Assembly: GCF_013004595.1 (NCBI RefSeq)
Contig: NZ_JABEMC010000005.1
Coordinates: forward strand, 62,001 to 126,000
Direction: 5' to 3'
Source of the DNA: Brevibacterium luteolum
GTDB lineage: Bacteria > Actinomycetota > Actinomycetes > Actinomycetales > Brevibacteriaceae
Length of the DNA: 64,000 nt
Both the position numbers and the translations under genes were made by a program. Below the pieces are notes generated by a model. It searched no databases. It saw only the letters and a program-made list of their open reading frames with translations, and was not told the origin of the DNA. This document shows, piece by piece, positions 27,087-39,109 of the stretch (positions are counted from its first letter, which is position 1; every line of letters starts with the position of its first letter).

Positions 27087-27140
27087 ACACCGCACGCCCG
27101 CGGACTGCCAGGACCATGGCAGTCCGCGGGCGTGCGGTGT
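27087..27140 (-). terminator. 24-bp perfect-stem hairpin after the NlpC/P60 gene
   Basis: ACACCGCACGCCCGCGGACTGCCA-GGACCA-TGGCAGTCCGCGGGCGTGCGGTGT. Confidence 0.75.
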
Positions 27141-27184
27141 GAGAGCCGACTCGTCAGCGCAAGGCGCTGGACTCGGCTCAAGGA

Positions 27185-28042
27185 TCAGAGAACGCGGACG
27201 AAGACGGCACCCTTCTTCATCATCCAATCGGCGGAGTGGTAACCGGTGGTCTTGCCGCTGCTCGGAGCGTCGTACATCATGCCGTTGCCGGCGTAGATGC
27301 CGACGTGGCCGGGAGCCCAGATGAGGTCGCCGGGCTTGGCTTCGGACTTCGACACGACCGTGCCTGCACCCTTTTGCGCACTCGAGGTGCGAGGCAGGTT
27401 GACGCCGACCTTGCCGTAGATGAACGAGGTGAATCCCGAGCAGTCGAATCCGGCAGTGGTCGTGCCGCCCCACTTGTAGGGGATGCCGCTGTACTGCTTG
27501 GCCAGGCCGATGACCTGCTCGGCCTTCGAGCCGTTGGGCATCTTGACGTCGTCAGAGCTCTTCGAGGAGCGATCAGAATCACGCGATGCGGCACCCGAAT
27601 CACGCGATGCGGAACCCGAGTCAGGCGACGCGGAACCCGAGTCACGCGGTTCGGAGCTCGAGTCGCGGGTCTGCGTCGGCGTGCTGGTCTGGGTGGGCTC
27701 TGGGCTCGGAGCAGCCTTAGCTGATCCGGTCTCGACACTGGCGGTCGAGGTCTTCAGAGCGTCGCTGCTGTCCTCGGCATCGGGAGCGGTGACGCTGGCC
27801 TGGTTGACGAATTCTGGGGTCTGATCGACCTCGGAGTCCTGTGCGACGACCTTGCCATCGGCTTCAGCTGCCGAGTTGGCGGTCGGGAGTGCGACTGCCG
27901 CCATGAGGCCGCCAGCGGCGGCGACGACGGCCGCGCGCCGTCCGACTGCGCCGGAGTTGGCGGCGAGGGCGTCGGTGAGTTCAGTGAGTGGAGTCTTGGC
28001 CGGACCATTTGCCCGACGGCGACCACGCGTCTTTACTGCCAC
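27185..28042 (-). CDS. Secreted NlpC/P60 (C40) peptidoglycan endopeptidase
   Basis: RGRRRA leader and signal/TM segment, Ser-rich linker, GIPYKWGG....FDCSGFT, PGHVGIY. Confidence 0.93.
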   Translation of the reverse strand: MAVKTRGRRRANGPAKTPLTELTDALAANSGAVGRRAAVVAAAGGLMAAVALPTANSAAEADGKVVAQDSEVDQTPEFVNQASVTAPDAEDSSDALKTSTASVETGSAKAAPSPEPTQTSTPTQTRDSSSEPRDSGSASPDSGSASRDSGAASRDSDRSSKSSDDVKMPNGSKAEQVIGLAKQYSGIPYKWGGTTTAGFDCSGFTSFIYGKVGVNLPRTSSAQKGAGTVVSKSEAKPGDLIWAPGHVGIYAGNGMMYDAPSSGKTTGYHSADWMMKKGAVFVRVL

Positions 28043-28055
28043 GAAAGTTCTCCTC

Positions 28056-28200
28056 CATTACCTACGGGGTGAGCTGTCGGGCTCGAGCTGGAGTTGCCCG
28101 GTTCCGGCTTGGAACTTAGCCCCGAGCTTCGCGGCCTGTCGGCCGGTGAAGCGAAGGTGGTTCCCCCGCTGCCGCAACGGTCCTTTTGGGTTTGTCTTCT
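28056..28200 (-). ncRNA. Cyclic di-AMP (ydaO/yuaA) riboswitch
   Basis: Minus strand carries GGGGGAACCA...GGGGCTAAG...GGGCAACT...CGAGCCCGACAGCTCACCCCGTAGG directly before the RBS of a cell-wall hydrolase; 5' boundary approximate. Confidence 0.85.
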
Positions 28201-28446
28201 GCGCTGAGTGCGGCACTCGGATTCTCATTGCAGAAGCGGGTTGTCTCAACCCGCGATAGCTACAGTAACCGACATCGCGGCCGAATGTCACATTATTGTC
28301 ACAAGGATGTGAACAGCGCCGTGACCTTGCAGATATCTGCCCTGGTCAGAGGCCATAAAAATTCTTCAAGAAAATGTTACGGAAGCGCCGCAATCGCGGC
28401 GCTTCCGTGATCTCATCCCTTGCGGCGCTCGTTCGGTAGGCGTCTG

Positions 28447-29133
28447 TCACTCCTGGGTGACGAAGATGTGCGCGGCGGTCTCGATCGGCAGGTCGAGGAC
28501 ATCCTCGACACCGGGAGCGCGCAGCGTGAGGTAGTCGCCGGTCGGCTCGCAGGCGACGGTGACCCCGGGCAGGATGCCGGTCTGCTTGAGCTGGCCGAGC
28601 AGCATGTGATCGGTCTGCAGCGGCTCGGCAATCCATGCGATCGTCACCGTGCATTGCCGGTCACCGGGACAGACCTCAGACAGGGCGACGATGTCGGCGC
28701 TGGGTTTGGGCGCCTCGCCGAGGGATTCGCGACTGGGCACCGGGTTGCCGTAGGGGCTGGTGGTGTGGTTCTCCAGCAGGCCGACGAGCTTCTCCTCGAC
28801 CTGGTCGCTCATGACGTGCTCCCAGCGGCAGGCCTCGTCGTGGACGAGCTCCCAGTCCAGGCCGATGACATCGGCAAGGAGCCGCTCGGCCAGCCGGTGC
28901 TTACGCATGACCGAGGTGGCCAGGTCGCGGCCTTCGGGAGTGAGGATGAGGTGACGGTCGGAGCCGACGACGAGCAGGCCATCGCGCTCCATCCGGGCTA
29001 CGGTCTGCGACACGGTGGGACCGGAGTGGTCGAGGCGCTCGGCGATGCGAGCGCGCAGCGGCACCACGCCCTGTTCCTCAAGTTCGACGATGGCCTTGAG
29101 GTACATCTCGGTGGTATCGATGAGATCATTCAC
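28447..29133 (-). CDS. ideR: DtxR/IdeR-family metal-dependent regulator
   Basis: DLIDTTEMYL...RARIAERL.HSGPTVSQTVARMERDG, MRKHRLAERLL, EACRWEHVMS, SPYGNP. Confidence 0.93.
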   Translation of the reverse strand: MNDLIDTTEMYLKAIVELEEQGVVPLRARIAERLDHSGPTVSQTVARMERDGLLVVGSDRHLILTPEGRDLATSVMRKHRLAERLLADVIGLDWELVHDEACRWEHVMSDQVEEKLVGLLENHTTSPYGNPVPSRESLGEAPKPSADIVALSEVCPGDRQCTVTIAWIAEPLQTDHMLLGQLKQTGILPGVTVACEPTGDYLTLRAPGVEDVLDLPIETAAHIFVTQE

Positions 29134-29367
29134 GAGCTTGGTCCATTTCCTTTCCGGCTGCCACCAGTCTATCCCGAGGCAGGAGACCCCGGCGATTTTT
29201 ATCTGGAACTGTTCCAGTTTACGCCGTGTGGGGTGAAAAATCATCCCGAGCGCATCGGTTGCGGCCCCTGCTCCAGCGCGCACGCTGGTGGGCGTGTGCT
29301 GGAGCGTCAGCAGGCGCCTCGGGACCGGGCCCGAGGCGCCTGCTGGGTCACAGCCGTCAGGTCGCGT

Positions 29368-30834
29368 TCAGGGGTTGACGTAGATGGTCTTGTGCAGGGT
29401 GAAGAACTCCCGTGCCGCCCGGCCCTGTTCGCGCGGGCCGTAGCTGGAGCCCTTCCGTCCGCCGAAGGACGTGTGGTAGTCGACGCCGGCGGTCGGGGCG
29501 TTGACCATCACCATGCCGGCCTGGGAGTGGCGCTTGAAGTGCTCGGCGTGTGTGAGGGAGCCGGTGTAGATGCCCGACGACAGGCCGAAGGTCGTGCGGT
29601 TGGCCACCGCGAGGGCCTCGTCGTAGTCAGCGACCTTGATGACGCTGGCGACGGGTCCGAAGACCTCCTCCTTGTTGATCGTCATCTCCTCGGTCGTCTC
29701 GGTCACCAGCGCCGGGGCGAGGAAGTAGCCTTCGGTGTCGGCTTCGACCCGCTCGCCGCCGTGGACGGTGCCGCCTTCATCAGCGGCCAGGCGGATGTAC
29801 TCCTCGTCCTGCTTGAGCTGGTCTGCCGACACGACCGGGCCGATGACCGTCGACTCTGCACGCGCGTCACCGACGGTCAGTCCGGTCATCCGCTCCTTGA
29901 GCTTGGCGACGAACTCATCGTGGACATCGGCGGTGACGATGAGGCGGCTGGAGGCGGTGCAGCGCTGGCCGGTGGAGAAGAAGGCACCGTTGATCGCGGC
30001 ATCGGCAGCGGCGTCGAGGTCGGCGTCGCCGAGCACGATGAGCGGGTTCTTCCCGCCCATCTCGCACTGCACCTTCGACCCGGCGGCCGAGGCGTTGGCG
30101 ATGACGCCGGCACCCACGCCGACCGATCCGGTGAACGTGACCGCATCGACGTCGCGGCTGGTGGAGATGGTGTCACCGACCACGCGGCCGGGACCCATGA
30201 CGAGGTTGAGCACGCCGTCGGGCAGGCCGGCTTCGCGCAGGATGCACACGAGCGCATGCGCGCTGGCCGGGACGATCTCGGCGGGCTTGAACACGATCGT
30301 GTTGCCGTAGGCGAGTGCTGGGGCGATCTTCCAGGCCGGGATGGCGATCGGGAAGTTCCACGGGGTGATGATGCCGACCACACCGACCGGCTCGTGGATC
30401 ATCTCCACCCGCAGACCCGGGCGGACGGAGTCGACGACCTCGCCGGTGTTGCGCAGCGTCTCACCGGCGAAGAACTTGAACAGCTGGGAGGCGCGCAGCA
30501 CCTCGGCGGTGGCCTCCTTGAGCTGCTTGCCCTCTTCACGGGCGAGCAGCTCGCCGAGCTGGTCGGCGCGCTCCTTGATGAGCGTGCCTGTGGTGTCGAG
30601 GATGTCGAAGCGCTGCTGGATGGGGCTGTGCGCCCAGGTCTCGGCGGATTCCCTGGCTGCGGCGATGGCGCGTTCGACGGTGGCGGCGTCGGCGCGGGCG
30701 AACTGGCCGAGGACATCTGAGGTGTCCGAGGGGTTGATGTTGCGGCTGCGGTCCTCCGATGGGACCCACTGACCGGCGATGAGGTTGTCGAACAGCTCGT
30801 CGGGCCCGTAGGCGGCCGGCTGGTTCTGTGTCAT
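29368..30834 (-). CDS. Aldehyde dehydrogenase (KGSA-DH-like)
   Basis: ITPWNFP, FTGS, EMGGKNP, GQRCT, EEVFGP. Confidence 0.93.
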   Translation of the reverse strand: MTQNQPAAYGPDELFDNLIAGQWVPSEDRSRNINPSDTSDVLGQFARADAATVERAIAAARESAETWAHSPIQQRFDILDTTGTLIKERADQLGELLAREEGKQLKEATAEVLRASQLFKFFAGETLRNTGEVVDSVRPGLRVEMIHEPVGVVGIITPWNFPIAIPAWKIAPALAYGNTIVFKPAEIVPASAHALVCILREAGLPDGVLNLVMGPGRVVGDTISTSRDVDAVTFTGSVGVGAGVIANASAAGSKVQCEMGGKNPLIVLGDADLDAAADAAINGAFFSTGQRCTASSRLIVTADVHDEFVAKLKERMTGLTVGDARAESTVIGPVVSADQLKQDEEYIRLAADEGGTVHGGERVEADTEGYFLAPALVTETTEEMTINKEEVFGPVASVIKVADYDEALAVANRTTFGLSSGIYTGSLTHAEHFKRHSQAGMVMVNAPTAGVDYHTSFGGRKGSSYGPREQGRAAREFFTLHKTIYVNP

Positions 30835-30908
30835 GGCAGCATCCTCTCTGATTCGCTCACGTGGCCGCGGACGCTGCGGCCGTCGCGCTCATCCTATCCC
30901 CCGCGTGA

Positions 30909-32876
<1,968 letters not shown>

Positions 32877-32961
32877 GCGCCTGAGCCAGCAGACCTACTC
32901 CAGCAGATCTGAGAACGGCCGGTCACCCCGCGGGGTGGCCGGCCGTTTCGGCTGTCCCAGC

Positions 32962-33462
32962 TCAGGCGTTGACGAAATAGATGGCGTTGGCGACGACAAA
33001 GGCCGTCAGTGCGGCTGCCGCACAGCAGAACTCGACGATGATGCCGATGCCCAGCGCCTTGATCGCCGTCCAGCTCGACTGCCACGATTCCTTCGGATCC
33101 TTCAGCCGCCGGAATTCGGCGAGGTAGAGACCGGCGATGAAGCCGACGAACAGCCCGACGACCGGGATGACGAAGAAACCGATGAACGCGCAGATCGCGG
33201 CCAGCACCAGCGAGGAGTTCGGGATCTGCCGGGCCTTGAGCCGCTTGCCGGTCAGCACCCACGAGGCGGTCATGCCGATGCCGACGAGCACCAGGATGAC
33301 GGCCAGCGTCACCCAGCCGGTGGCCGTGCCGATGACGACGGCCCATACGATCGCGGCGATGGCGATGAGAATGGAACCGGGCAGCACCGGGACGATGATG
33401 CCGATGCAACCGATGAGCATGGCCAGTCCGACGAGGACGGTCGTGATGATCTCTGCGTTCAC
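32962..33462 (-). CDS. DUF456-family membrane protein
   Basis: GIIVPVLPG, GFFVIPVVGLFVGF..G.YLAE. Confidence 0.85.
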   Translation of the reverse strand: MNAEIITTVLVGLAMLIGCIGIIVPVLPGSILIAIAAIVWAVVIGTATGWVTLAVILVLVGIGMTASWVLTGKRLKARQIPNSSLVLAAICAFIGFFVIPVVGLFVGFIAGLYLAEFRRLKDPKESWQSSWTAIKALGIGIIVEFCCAAAALTAFVVANAIYFVNA

Positions 33463-33590
33463 TGCCAGGTGGCCTCACGTTTCGGGAACAGGGTGCGCCC
33501 TCAGTGTACGAGCACTTCCCGGCACTGACCTGGGCAGGCGCGCCGTACCGGCTGATGACCGGCCGCCCCACACCTCGGGTGCGGTTGATC

Positions 33591-34856
33591 TCAGGGTTTG
33601 CCGTCGTAGCTGAGGTGGATGAGGCGGCGGCGCCGGCGGGGACGGTGGACGCGCAGGTGCTTGGCGAAGATCATCCAGCCCAGCCCCACGGACAGACCGA
33701 TGACACCCGAGAGCCCGCCGACGACGAGCGAAGCGCGGGGCCCGAGGAGGTCGGCGACGATGCCGGCGACCGGTGCGCCGATCGGGGTGCCGCCCATGAC
33801 GACGGCGGCGTAGATCGCCATGACCCTACCGCGGTAGCCGGCCGGCGTCGTCGTCTGCACATAGGCGTTCGCTGAGGTCATCATTGTGATCGCGGAGAAG
33901 CCGACGCCGGTGAGCACGATCGCGAACGCCCAGTAGCTCGGGGCCATCGCCGCGAGCAGGCAGGCGAGCCCGAACCCACCGGCGGCACCGAAGACCATCC
34001 GCAGCCGCGGCTTCTCCCGCTTGGCGGCCGTCAGCGCCCCGGCGACCGAGCCGATCGCCATGACCGAGGACAGCAGCCCGAACCCGCCGGCGTCCTGGTG
34101 GAACTCGATCTTGGCCATCGTGGCGGTGTAGACGCTGAAGTTGAACCCGAAGGTCGAGACGATCCCGAGGATCGTGAGCACGACGATGATGTCAGGCCGG
34201 GTGCGGATGTAGGTGAACCCGCCGAGGATCCCGCGCTTGCCCATCTTCCGGGCACTCGTCGAGTGCAGCTTCGACCGGTCGAGCGTAACGAGCACCCCGA
34301 TGGTGGCGGCGAAGCCGAGCCCAGAGACGAGGAACACCGGTTCGGCGCCGATGAGTGCGGTCAGCCCGCCGGCGATCGCCGGGCCGAACATGCGCGCACC
34401 GTTGAAGGAGGCAGAGTTGAGCGAGACGGCGTTGGGCAGCAGCTTCTCGCCGACGAGCTCGGAGACGAAGGCCTGCCGGGCGGGGTTGTCGATCGTGGCG
34501 ACCATGCCGAGGGCGAAGGCGAGCACGTAGACGTGCCAGAGCACGAGCAGGTGGGTGATGGCGAGCGCGAAGAGCAGCAGCCCGCAGGCACCGAGGAGGG
34601 CCTGGGTGAGGATGAGCAGCTTGCGTTTGGGGAACTTATCGGCGATCGCCCCGGCGACGGGGAACATGATGAGCTGCGGCCCCAGCTGCAGAGCCATGCA
34701 GATGCCGAGCGCGGTCGCGTCGTTGTCGGTCAGCTGGGTAAGGACGATCCAGTCCTGCGCCGTGCGCTGCATCCACGTTCCGGTGTTCGACACCAGCGCA
34801 CCCGAGAACCACCGGCGGTAGTTGGGCTCGCTCAGCGACCGGAACATCGAGCTCAT
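33591..34856 (-). CDS. MFS transporter
   Basis: FRSL..PNYR, GTWMQR.AQDW, DNPARQAFV, RGRVMA. Confidence 0.92.
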   Translation of the reverse strand: MSSMFRSLSEPNYRRWFSGALVSNTGTWMQRTAQDWIVLTQLTDNDATALGICMALQLGPQLIMFPVAGAIADKFPKRKLLILTQALLGACGLLLFALAITHLLVLWHVYVLAFALGMVATIDNPARQAFVSELVGEKLLPNAVSLNSASFNGARMFGPAIAGGLTALIGAEPVFLVSGLGFAATIGVLVTLDRSKLHSTSARKMGKRGILGGFTYIRTRPDIIVVLTILGIVSTFGFNFSVYTATMAKIEFHQDAGGFGLLSSVMAIGSVAGALTAAKREKPRLRMVFGAAGGFGLACLLAAMAPSYWAFAIVLTGVGFSAITMMTSANAYVQTTTPAGYRGRVMAIYAAVVMGGTPIGAPVAGIVADLLGPRASLVVGGLSGVIGLSVGLGWMIFAKHLRVHRPRRRRRLIHLSYDGKP

Positions 34857-35977
34857 CGGCTGGCGTGTGCCTCCTCGCGTTCGGGTTCGGCGGCGGTGTT
34901 GGCCTCTGCCGCTCCCGAGGCGGTGGCCGGCTGTGCCGTGTCCGCACCGCTGGTCTCGCTGGTGCCGGGCTGTTCACTGCTGTCGGACTGCTCAGTGCTG
35001 CCGGAGTCGTCGTCGCTGGTGGTGGCGACCATGTCGAAGTCCTCGTCCAAGTCGTCGATGACCGGGTCGGGGATCGGTTCGGGCTTGCGCCGCTCGTCGG
35101 TCTCCGAGTGCGCGCCGCATCCGTTGTCGAGGGCGACGACGCGGCCGTCGAAGGGCGACCATTCGTTGGCGCACACGCCGAACTGCGTGCGCAGGGAGCC
35201 GGTCATCGGCATGAGGTAACCGCAGGTCGAGCAGTGGGCAGAGGCGCGGCGGGCGAAGTCGCCCTCGGGGCCTGCGTCGGAGTTCTCCCAGCGGGTCGCG
35301 GCGTTGGCGATGCCCTCACGGGAGAGCACGCGGCGACGCCCGAGTCCCCATTCGAAGTTGGGGATCTGGTCGATCTCGTCATCGGGGCCGAGTCCGGTGT
35401 CCTCACCGCCGACCTGTTCGAAGCCCTGCTCGAGGTTCGGGTCGTCAAGCACCTTCGGCAGCACATCGCGGGCGCTCATGTCACCGGGCTGCAGGCGCTC
35501 AGACCACGGCACCCAGCGCGGTGCCACGAGCGCGTCTTCACCGGGCAGCAGCGCGGTCTCACACACGGTGACCTTCTTCGACCGCGGCGCCCGGGCGAGC
35601 ACGGCTACCCAGTGCCAGCCGCGGTAGCCGGGCATCGTGCAGGCGAACGCGTGGGTGGCCAGGCGCTGGCCCTCCATGACAGCGGACAAGTGCCCGCCGA
35701 TGTGCTCGGCTTCGGCCGCCTCGGCGATGGCCTCGCGGGCGATGTCGACGGCGGCGAGCAGCAGTGCGTCGTCGGCGATCTTCGCGGACCTGCGGGAGGT
35801 GCGCGGCGCCTCGGCGGCGGTCTCAGCCGACTGCGGATCCGCAGCTGCGGCAGCTTCCGGTTCCCCCGCCTCGGGCGCGGCGGCGGCAGCCGGCTCGCCG
35901 GAGTCAGCGGGGCTGGCGCCTGTGCGGCTGCGGCTGGCGCGCATGTCCTCTAGCCAGGCATCGAACAGGTGCGACAT
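34853..35977 (-). CDS. DUF3027-family protein
   Basis: PGYRGWHW, ALVAPRWVPWSERLQPGD, GLGRRRVLS, CSTCG, GVCAN..SP.DG, GCGAHS. Confidence 0.9.
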   Translation of the reverse strand: MSHLFDAWLEDMRASRSRTGASPADSGEPAAAAAPEAGEPEAAAAADPQSAETAAEAPRTSRRSAKIADDALLLAAVDIAREAIAEAAEAEHIGGHLSAVMEGQRLATHAFACTMPGYRGWHWVAVLARAPRSKKVTVCETALLPGEDALVAPRWVPWSERLQPGDMSARDVLPKVLDDPNLEQGFEQVGGEDTGLGPDDEIDQIPNFEWGLGRRRVLSREGIANAATRWENSDAGPEGDFARRASAHCSTCGYLMPMTGSLRTQFGVCANEWSPFDGRVVALDNGCGAHSETDERRKPEPIPDPVIDDLDEDFDMVATTSDDDSGSTEQSDSSEQPGTSETSGADTAQPATASGAAEANTAAEPEREEAHASR

Positions 35978-36345
35978 CAACCCTCCAGGTCATCGGCGAT
36001 CGCGCGGAGCACTTCTGCCACCTTATGCGAATGTGCCGAATCGGGGTACCGGCCGCGGCGCAGGCCGGCGGCGGTGTCGTCGAGGAGGCGGATGACGTCT
36101 TCGACCATGACGACCATCTTCTCCGGGTCGCGGCGGACCTTGCGCGGGGCGTCGAGCACGCGGGCCTTGAGCACCTGCTTGCCCTTGCGGCCGTCGACGA
36201 TGTCGAAGTCCAGGCGGGTGCCGGTGCGCACCTGCGCTCCGGCGGGCAGGGCGGAGCCGTGGAGGAAGATCTGTTCGCCGTCATCGGCGGTGACGAAGCC
36301 GAATCCCTTGCCTTCGTCGAACCATTTCACGCGTCCGGTGGGCAT
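35977..36345 (-). CDS. Cold-shock domain protein with C-terminal extension (CspB-like)
   Basis: MPTGRVKWFDEGKGFGF, FLH.SAL, C-terminal LRRGRYPD...VAEVLRAIADDL. Confidence 0.92.
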   Translation of the reverse strand: MPTGRVKWFDEGKGFGFVTADDGEQIFLHGSALPAGAQVRTGTRLDFDIVDGRKGKQVLKARVLDAPRKVRRDPEKMVVMVEDVIRLLDDTAAGLRRGRYPDSAHSHKVAEVLRAIADDLEG

Positions 36346-36515
36346 AGCGTCCTTTCACATACGTGGCTTCTGGCGGCAGGTGTGCCGCAGCAGAAGCGGA
36401 TTGTTCTGAGTTGGTGGGGTGGTGCGGCCGGTGGGCCGGTGGTGCGGTGTGTGCCGCGGGTGCCGGGTGGCTGTCGTGTGCTGGCGGGCCGGCCGTTGGG
36501 CTCCGGCGGGCCGGT

Positions 36516-36791
36516 TCAGCTGCTGCGGCGGCGCAGTGTGGCGCGGATGAGCACGGCCAGCATTCCTGCAAACCCGATCGGCAGGCAGATCATTCCCGTG
36601 TAGGTCATGAGCGCCGAGGGTCTGGCCTGCATGGCGGCCTGGATGAGCACGACCGCGATCGCAAGCACCCCGATGAGCGAGAAGATCACCGCAGCTGCTG
36701 TGAGCGCGGCATCGGCGCGCGAACTCGCACGCCTGTGCGGCGGTGCCGTCTGCGTCTGTGCGTTCTGTGCGTGTGCGCTCACCGTGGCCAC
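36516..36791 (-). CDS. Small two-TM membrane protein
   Basis: GAAGGAGG upstream, two hydrophobic helices, LPIGF motif. Confidence 0.65.
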   Translation of the reverse strand: MATVSAHAQNAQTQTAPPHRRASSRADAALTAAAVIFSLIGVLAIAVVLIQAAMQARPSALMTYTGMICLPIGFAGMLAVLIRATLRRRSS

Positions 36792-36883
36792 CTCCTTCTG
36801 CTGCGTTCGGGCCTGTTGCGGCTGGCCAGACCATTGTAGCCGAGGCCCGGGCCGGGTGCGGCGGCGGTACTAGACTGGGTTCG

Positions 36884-39109
36884 ATGGCTACGCTGACCTC
36901 CTTCGCCGCCTGGCTGCGCGAGCTTCCCGATGCGGACTTCGCTGCGTTCTCCCGCGCCCGCCGGGACCTCATGCGCACCGACCTGCCCCGGCTGCGCGAT
37001 GTCGCCGCGGCCGCCGGGTCGCGCACCGCGGTGGCCACCGGTCTCGAATCCCTCGACACGGCCGCCCTGCAGGCGGTGCACCGGGCGGCGTGTGCGACCC
37101 GTGTCGATCCTGCCGTGCCGGCATCCACGCTGGCGGCCGCGCCCGAGGTGGTGGAGACGCTCAAGACCCGCGGGCTGTTGTGGCCGGTCGGGGATCGTGC
37201 ATATCGCACGCATGCGGAGACGATGAGCCTGCTGCCGACCTCGGCGGCGGAGCTGCGCTCTCCCCCGGACTGGGTGGCAGCCACCGCCCCGGCCGATCCG
37301 GCCGAGTACACCCGGCCGGTCTCCGAAGCGCTCGCTGCCAATGCCGAGGCAGCGGCCGCCTCGGCGACGGTGTCCGGGGTGCTCTCGGCTGTCGACTCTT
37401 TCACCTCTCATGAGGTCTCCCAGCTCACCAGCGGCGGGGCCGGCAAACGCGATATGCAGGCCATCGCCCGCGCACTCGGGGCGAGCTTTCCTGATGCGGT
37501 GATGCTGACCGAACTGGCCGCAGCCGCCGGGCTGCTGGGCATCGGCGGGACTGATCTCGATCCGCGCTGGCTGCCGACTGCGGCCTTCGACACAGTGCTC
37601 GCCGCCGAGCGCAGCGAGGTCTACGCGATGCTGCTGCAGACCTGGCTCACCGGTGCCGTCGATACGACCCATGTGCTGGCCGGGAGCACCGAGCGCGGGG
37701 ACCGGCTGCAGTCGCTGGCCGCCTCGGCCGGGCTGCACCGCAAGGCCGCCTATGCCGGGTTCCCGCAGTCCCAGCCGCCGCTGCCGCACGCCCGGTACGC
37801 GCTGCTGCACACGCTGGCTGAACTGACAGACGACTCAGCTGGCGGCGGCAGCGCTGGAGACGATGGCACCCATCTGGCGGTGCCCGATGATCTGCTCATC
37901 GCCCACATCCAATGGCGCCACCCGCTGCTGGCCGCCGCCAGCACCGCCACGCTCACCCGGCTCATCGACGAAGCCGCGCTGCTCGGGCTGCTGTGCACCC
38001 CGCTGGCTGATGGCCACGCCCACGCCCTCACCCGACTCGGGAAGGTACTCACCACGCACCTCGCAGAGGCGATGGACACCGCCCGTGCCGTCACCGGCTT
38101 TGACATCACTGCGGTCTCGGTGCCCGAATCGATTCCCGCCCGGGTCGACGGGATCCTGCCCGAGCTGCAGACCCGCGTCGTCGTGCAGTCCGACCTCACC
38201 GCGATCGCCACCGGCCCGCTGGCGCCGCAGATCCATGCTGCGCTCACCGAGCTCGCCGAGGTCGACACCCGCGGGCAGGGCACTGTGTACCGGTTCACGG
38301 AGACGACGATCTCCGATGCCCTGAAGTCCGGGCTGCGCGCCGATGACATCACCGCCCGGCTGCGCGAGGTCACCGGACAGGACACGCTGCCCCAGCCGCT
38401 CGAGTTCCTCATCACCGAAACCGCCGGGCGGCTCGGCCGCATCCAGATCGCTGCCGCCCGCAGCGTCATTGTCGTCGACGACGAAGCCGAACTCGCCGCG
38501 ATGCTCGCCGACTCCGCTCTCGTCCCCGCCGGGCTCACCCGCTTGAGCGCGACGGTCGCGGTCTCAAACGTCTCGCGCGAACGGCTGGCGATGCTGCTCG
38601 AAGCCGCCGAATACCAGACGATGGCCGCCGCCCCAGAGAACCCCGCTCCCCCGCGCGCAGCCAGCCTCGCCCGCCGGCCGGCCACCACCCGGCGCACCAC
38701 CCGAGTGCCTGACTCGCGCTTGTCCTCCTATATCTCCTCTCTGCGCTCCGGCAGCGAGGAACCGGAGACCGAATCACCGTCGACGATCGCCGATGTGCTG
38801 CGCGAAGCCGCAGCCACCGGCACCGAGGTCGACCTCACCGTCGTCGGCCGCGAGGGTTCCCAGCGCCAGGTCCGCATCGCCCCGATCCAGGTGGCAGGCG
38901 GGCGGGTGCGCACCCGCACCGGCCCGGCCCGCGACACCGAACTGACCTTCGGGCTCGCCCGCATCATCTCCGCCGCTCCCGCCGGCACAGGTGACGGCGG
39001 CACCACACCCACCTTCGCCTCGGACACCCCCGCCTCGGACAACCCCGCCTCAGGAACCCCCACCTCGGGCACGGGCAGCGAGGACACGGACAACAAGGAC
39101 AGCCTGTGA
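36884..39109 (+). CDS. XPB-associated helicase-associated domain protein (Helicase_C_3, WYL-like C-terminus)
   Basis: VQSDLTAIATGPL, GTVYRFTE, LPQPLEFLI; GTGA overlap with XPB. Confidence 0.85.
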   Translation: MATLTSFAAWLRELPDADFAAFSRARRDLMRTDLPRLRDVAAAAGSRTAVATGLESLDTAALQAVHRAACATRVDPAVPASTLAAAPEVVETLKTRGLLWPVGDRAYRTHAETMSLLPTSAAELRSPPDWVAATAPADPAEYTRPVSEALAANAEAAAASATVSGVLSAVDSFTSHEVSQLTSGGAGKRDMQAIARALGASFPDAVMLTELAAAAGLLGIGGTDLDPRWLPTAAFDTVLAAERSEVYAMLLQTWLTGAVDTTHVLAGSTERGDRLQSLAASAGLHRKAAYAGFPQSQPPLPHARYALLHTLAELTDDSAGGGSAGDDGTHLAVPDDLLIAHIQWRHPLLAAASTATLTRLIDEAALLGLLCTPLADGHAHALTRLGKVLTTHLAEAMDTARAVTGFDITAVSVPESIPARVDGILPELQTRVVVQSDLTAIATGPLAPQIHAALTELAEVDTRGQGTVYRFTETTISDALKSGLRADDITARLREVTGQDTLPQPLEFLITETAGRLGRIQIAAARSVIVVDDEAELAAMLADSALVPAGLTRLSATVAVSNVSRERLAMLLEAAEYQTMAAAPENPAPPRAASLARRPATTRRTTRVPDSRLSSYISSLRSGSEEPETESPSTIADVLREAAATGTEVDLTVVGREGSQRQVRIAPIQVAGGRVRTRTGPARDTELTFGLARIISAAPAGTGDGGTTPTFASDTPASDNPASGTPTSGTGSEDTDNKDSL

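Noticed and set aside
28420..30720. Long antisense or alternate-frame ORFs (also 15917-18217, 55091-56497, 58146-59744 and others)
   Set aside because: Shadows of real genes caused by high-GC codon bias; no recognisable motifs
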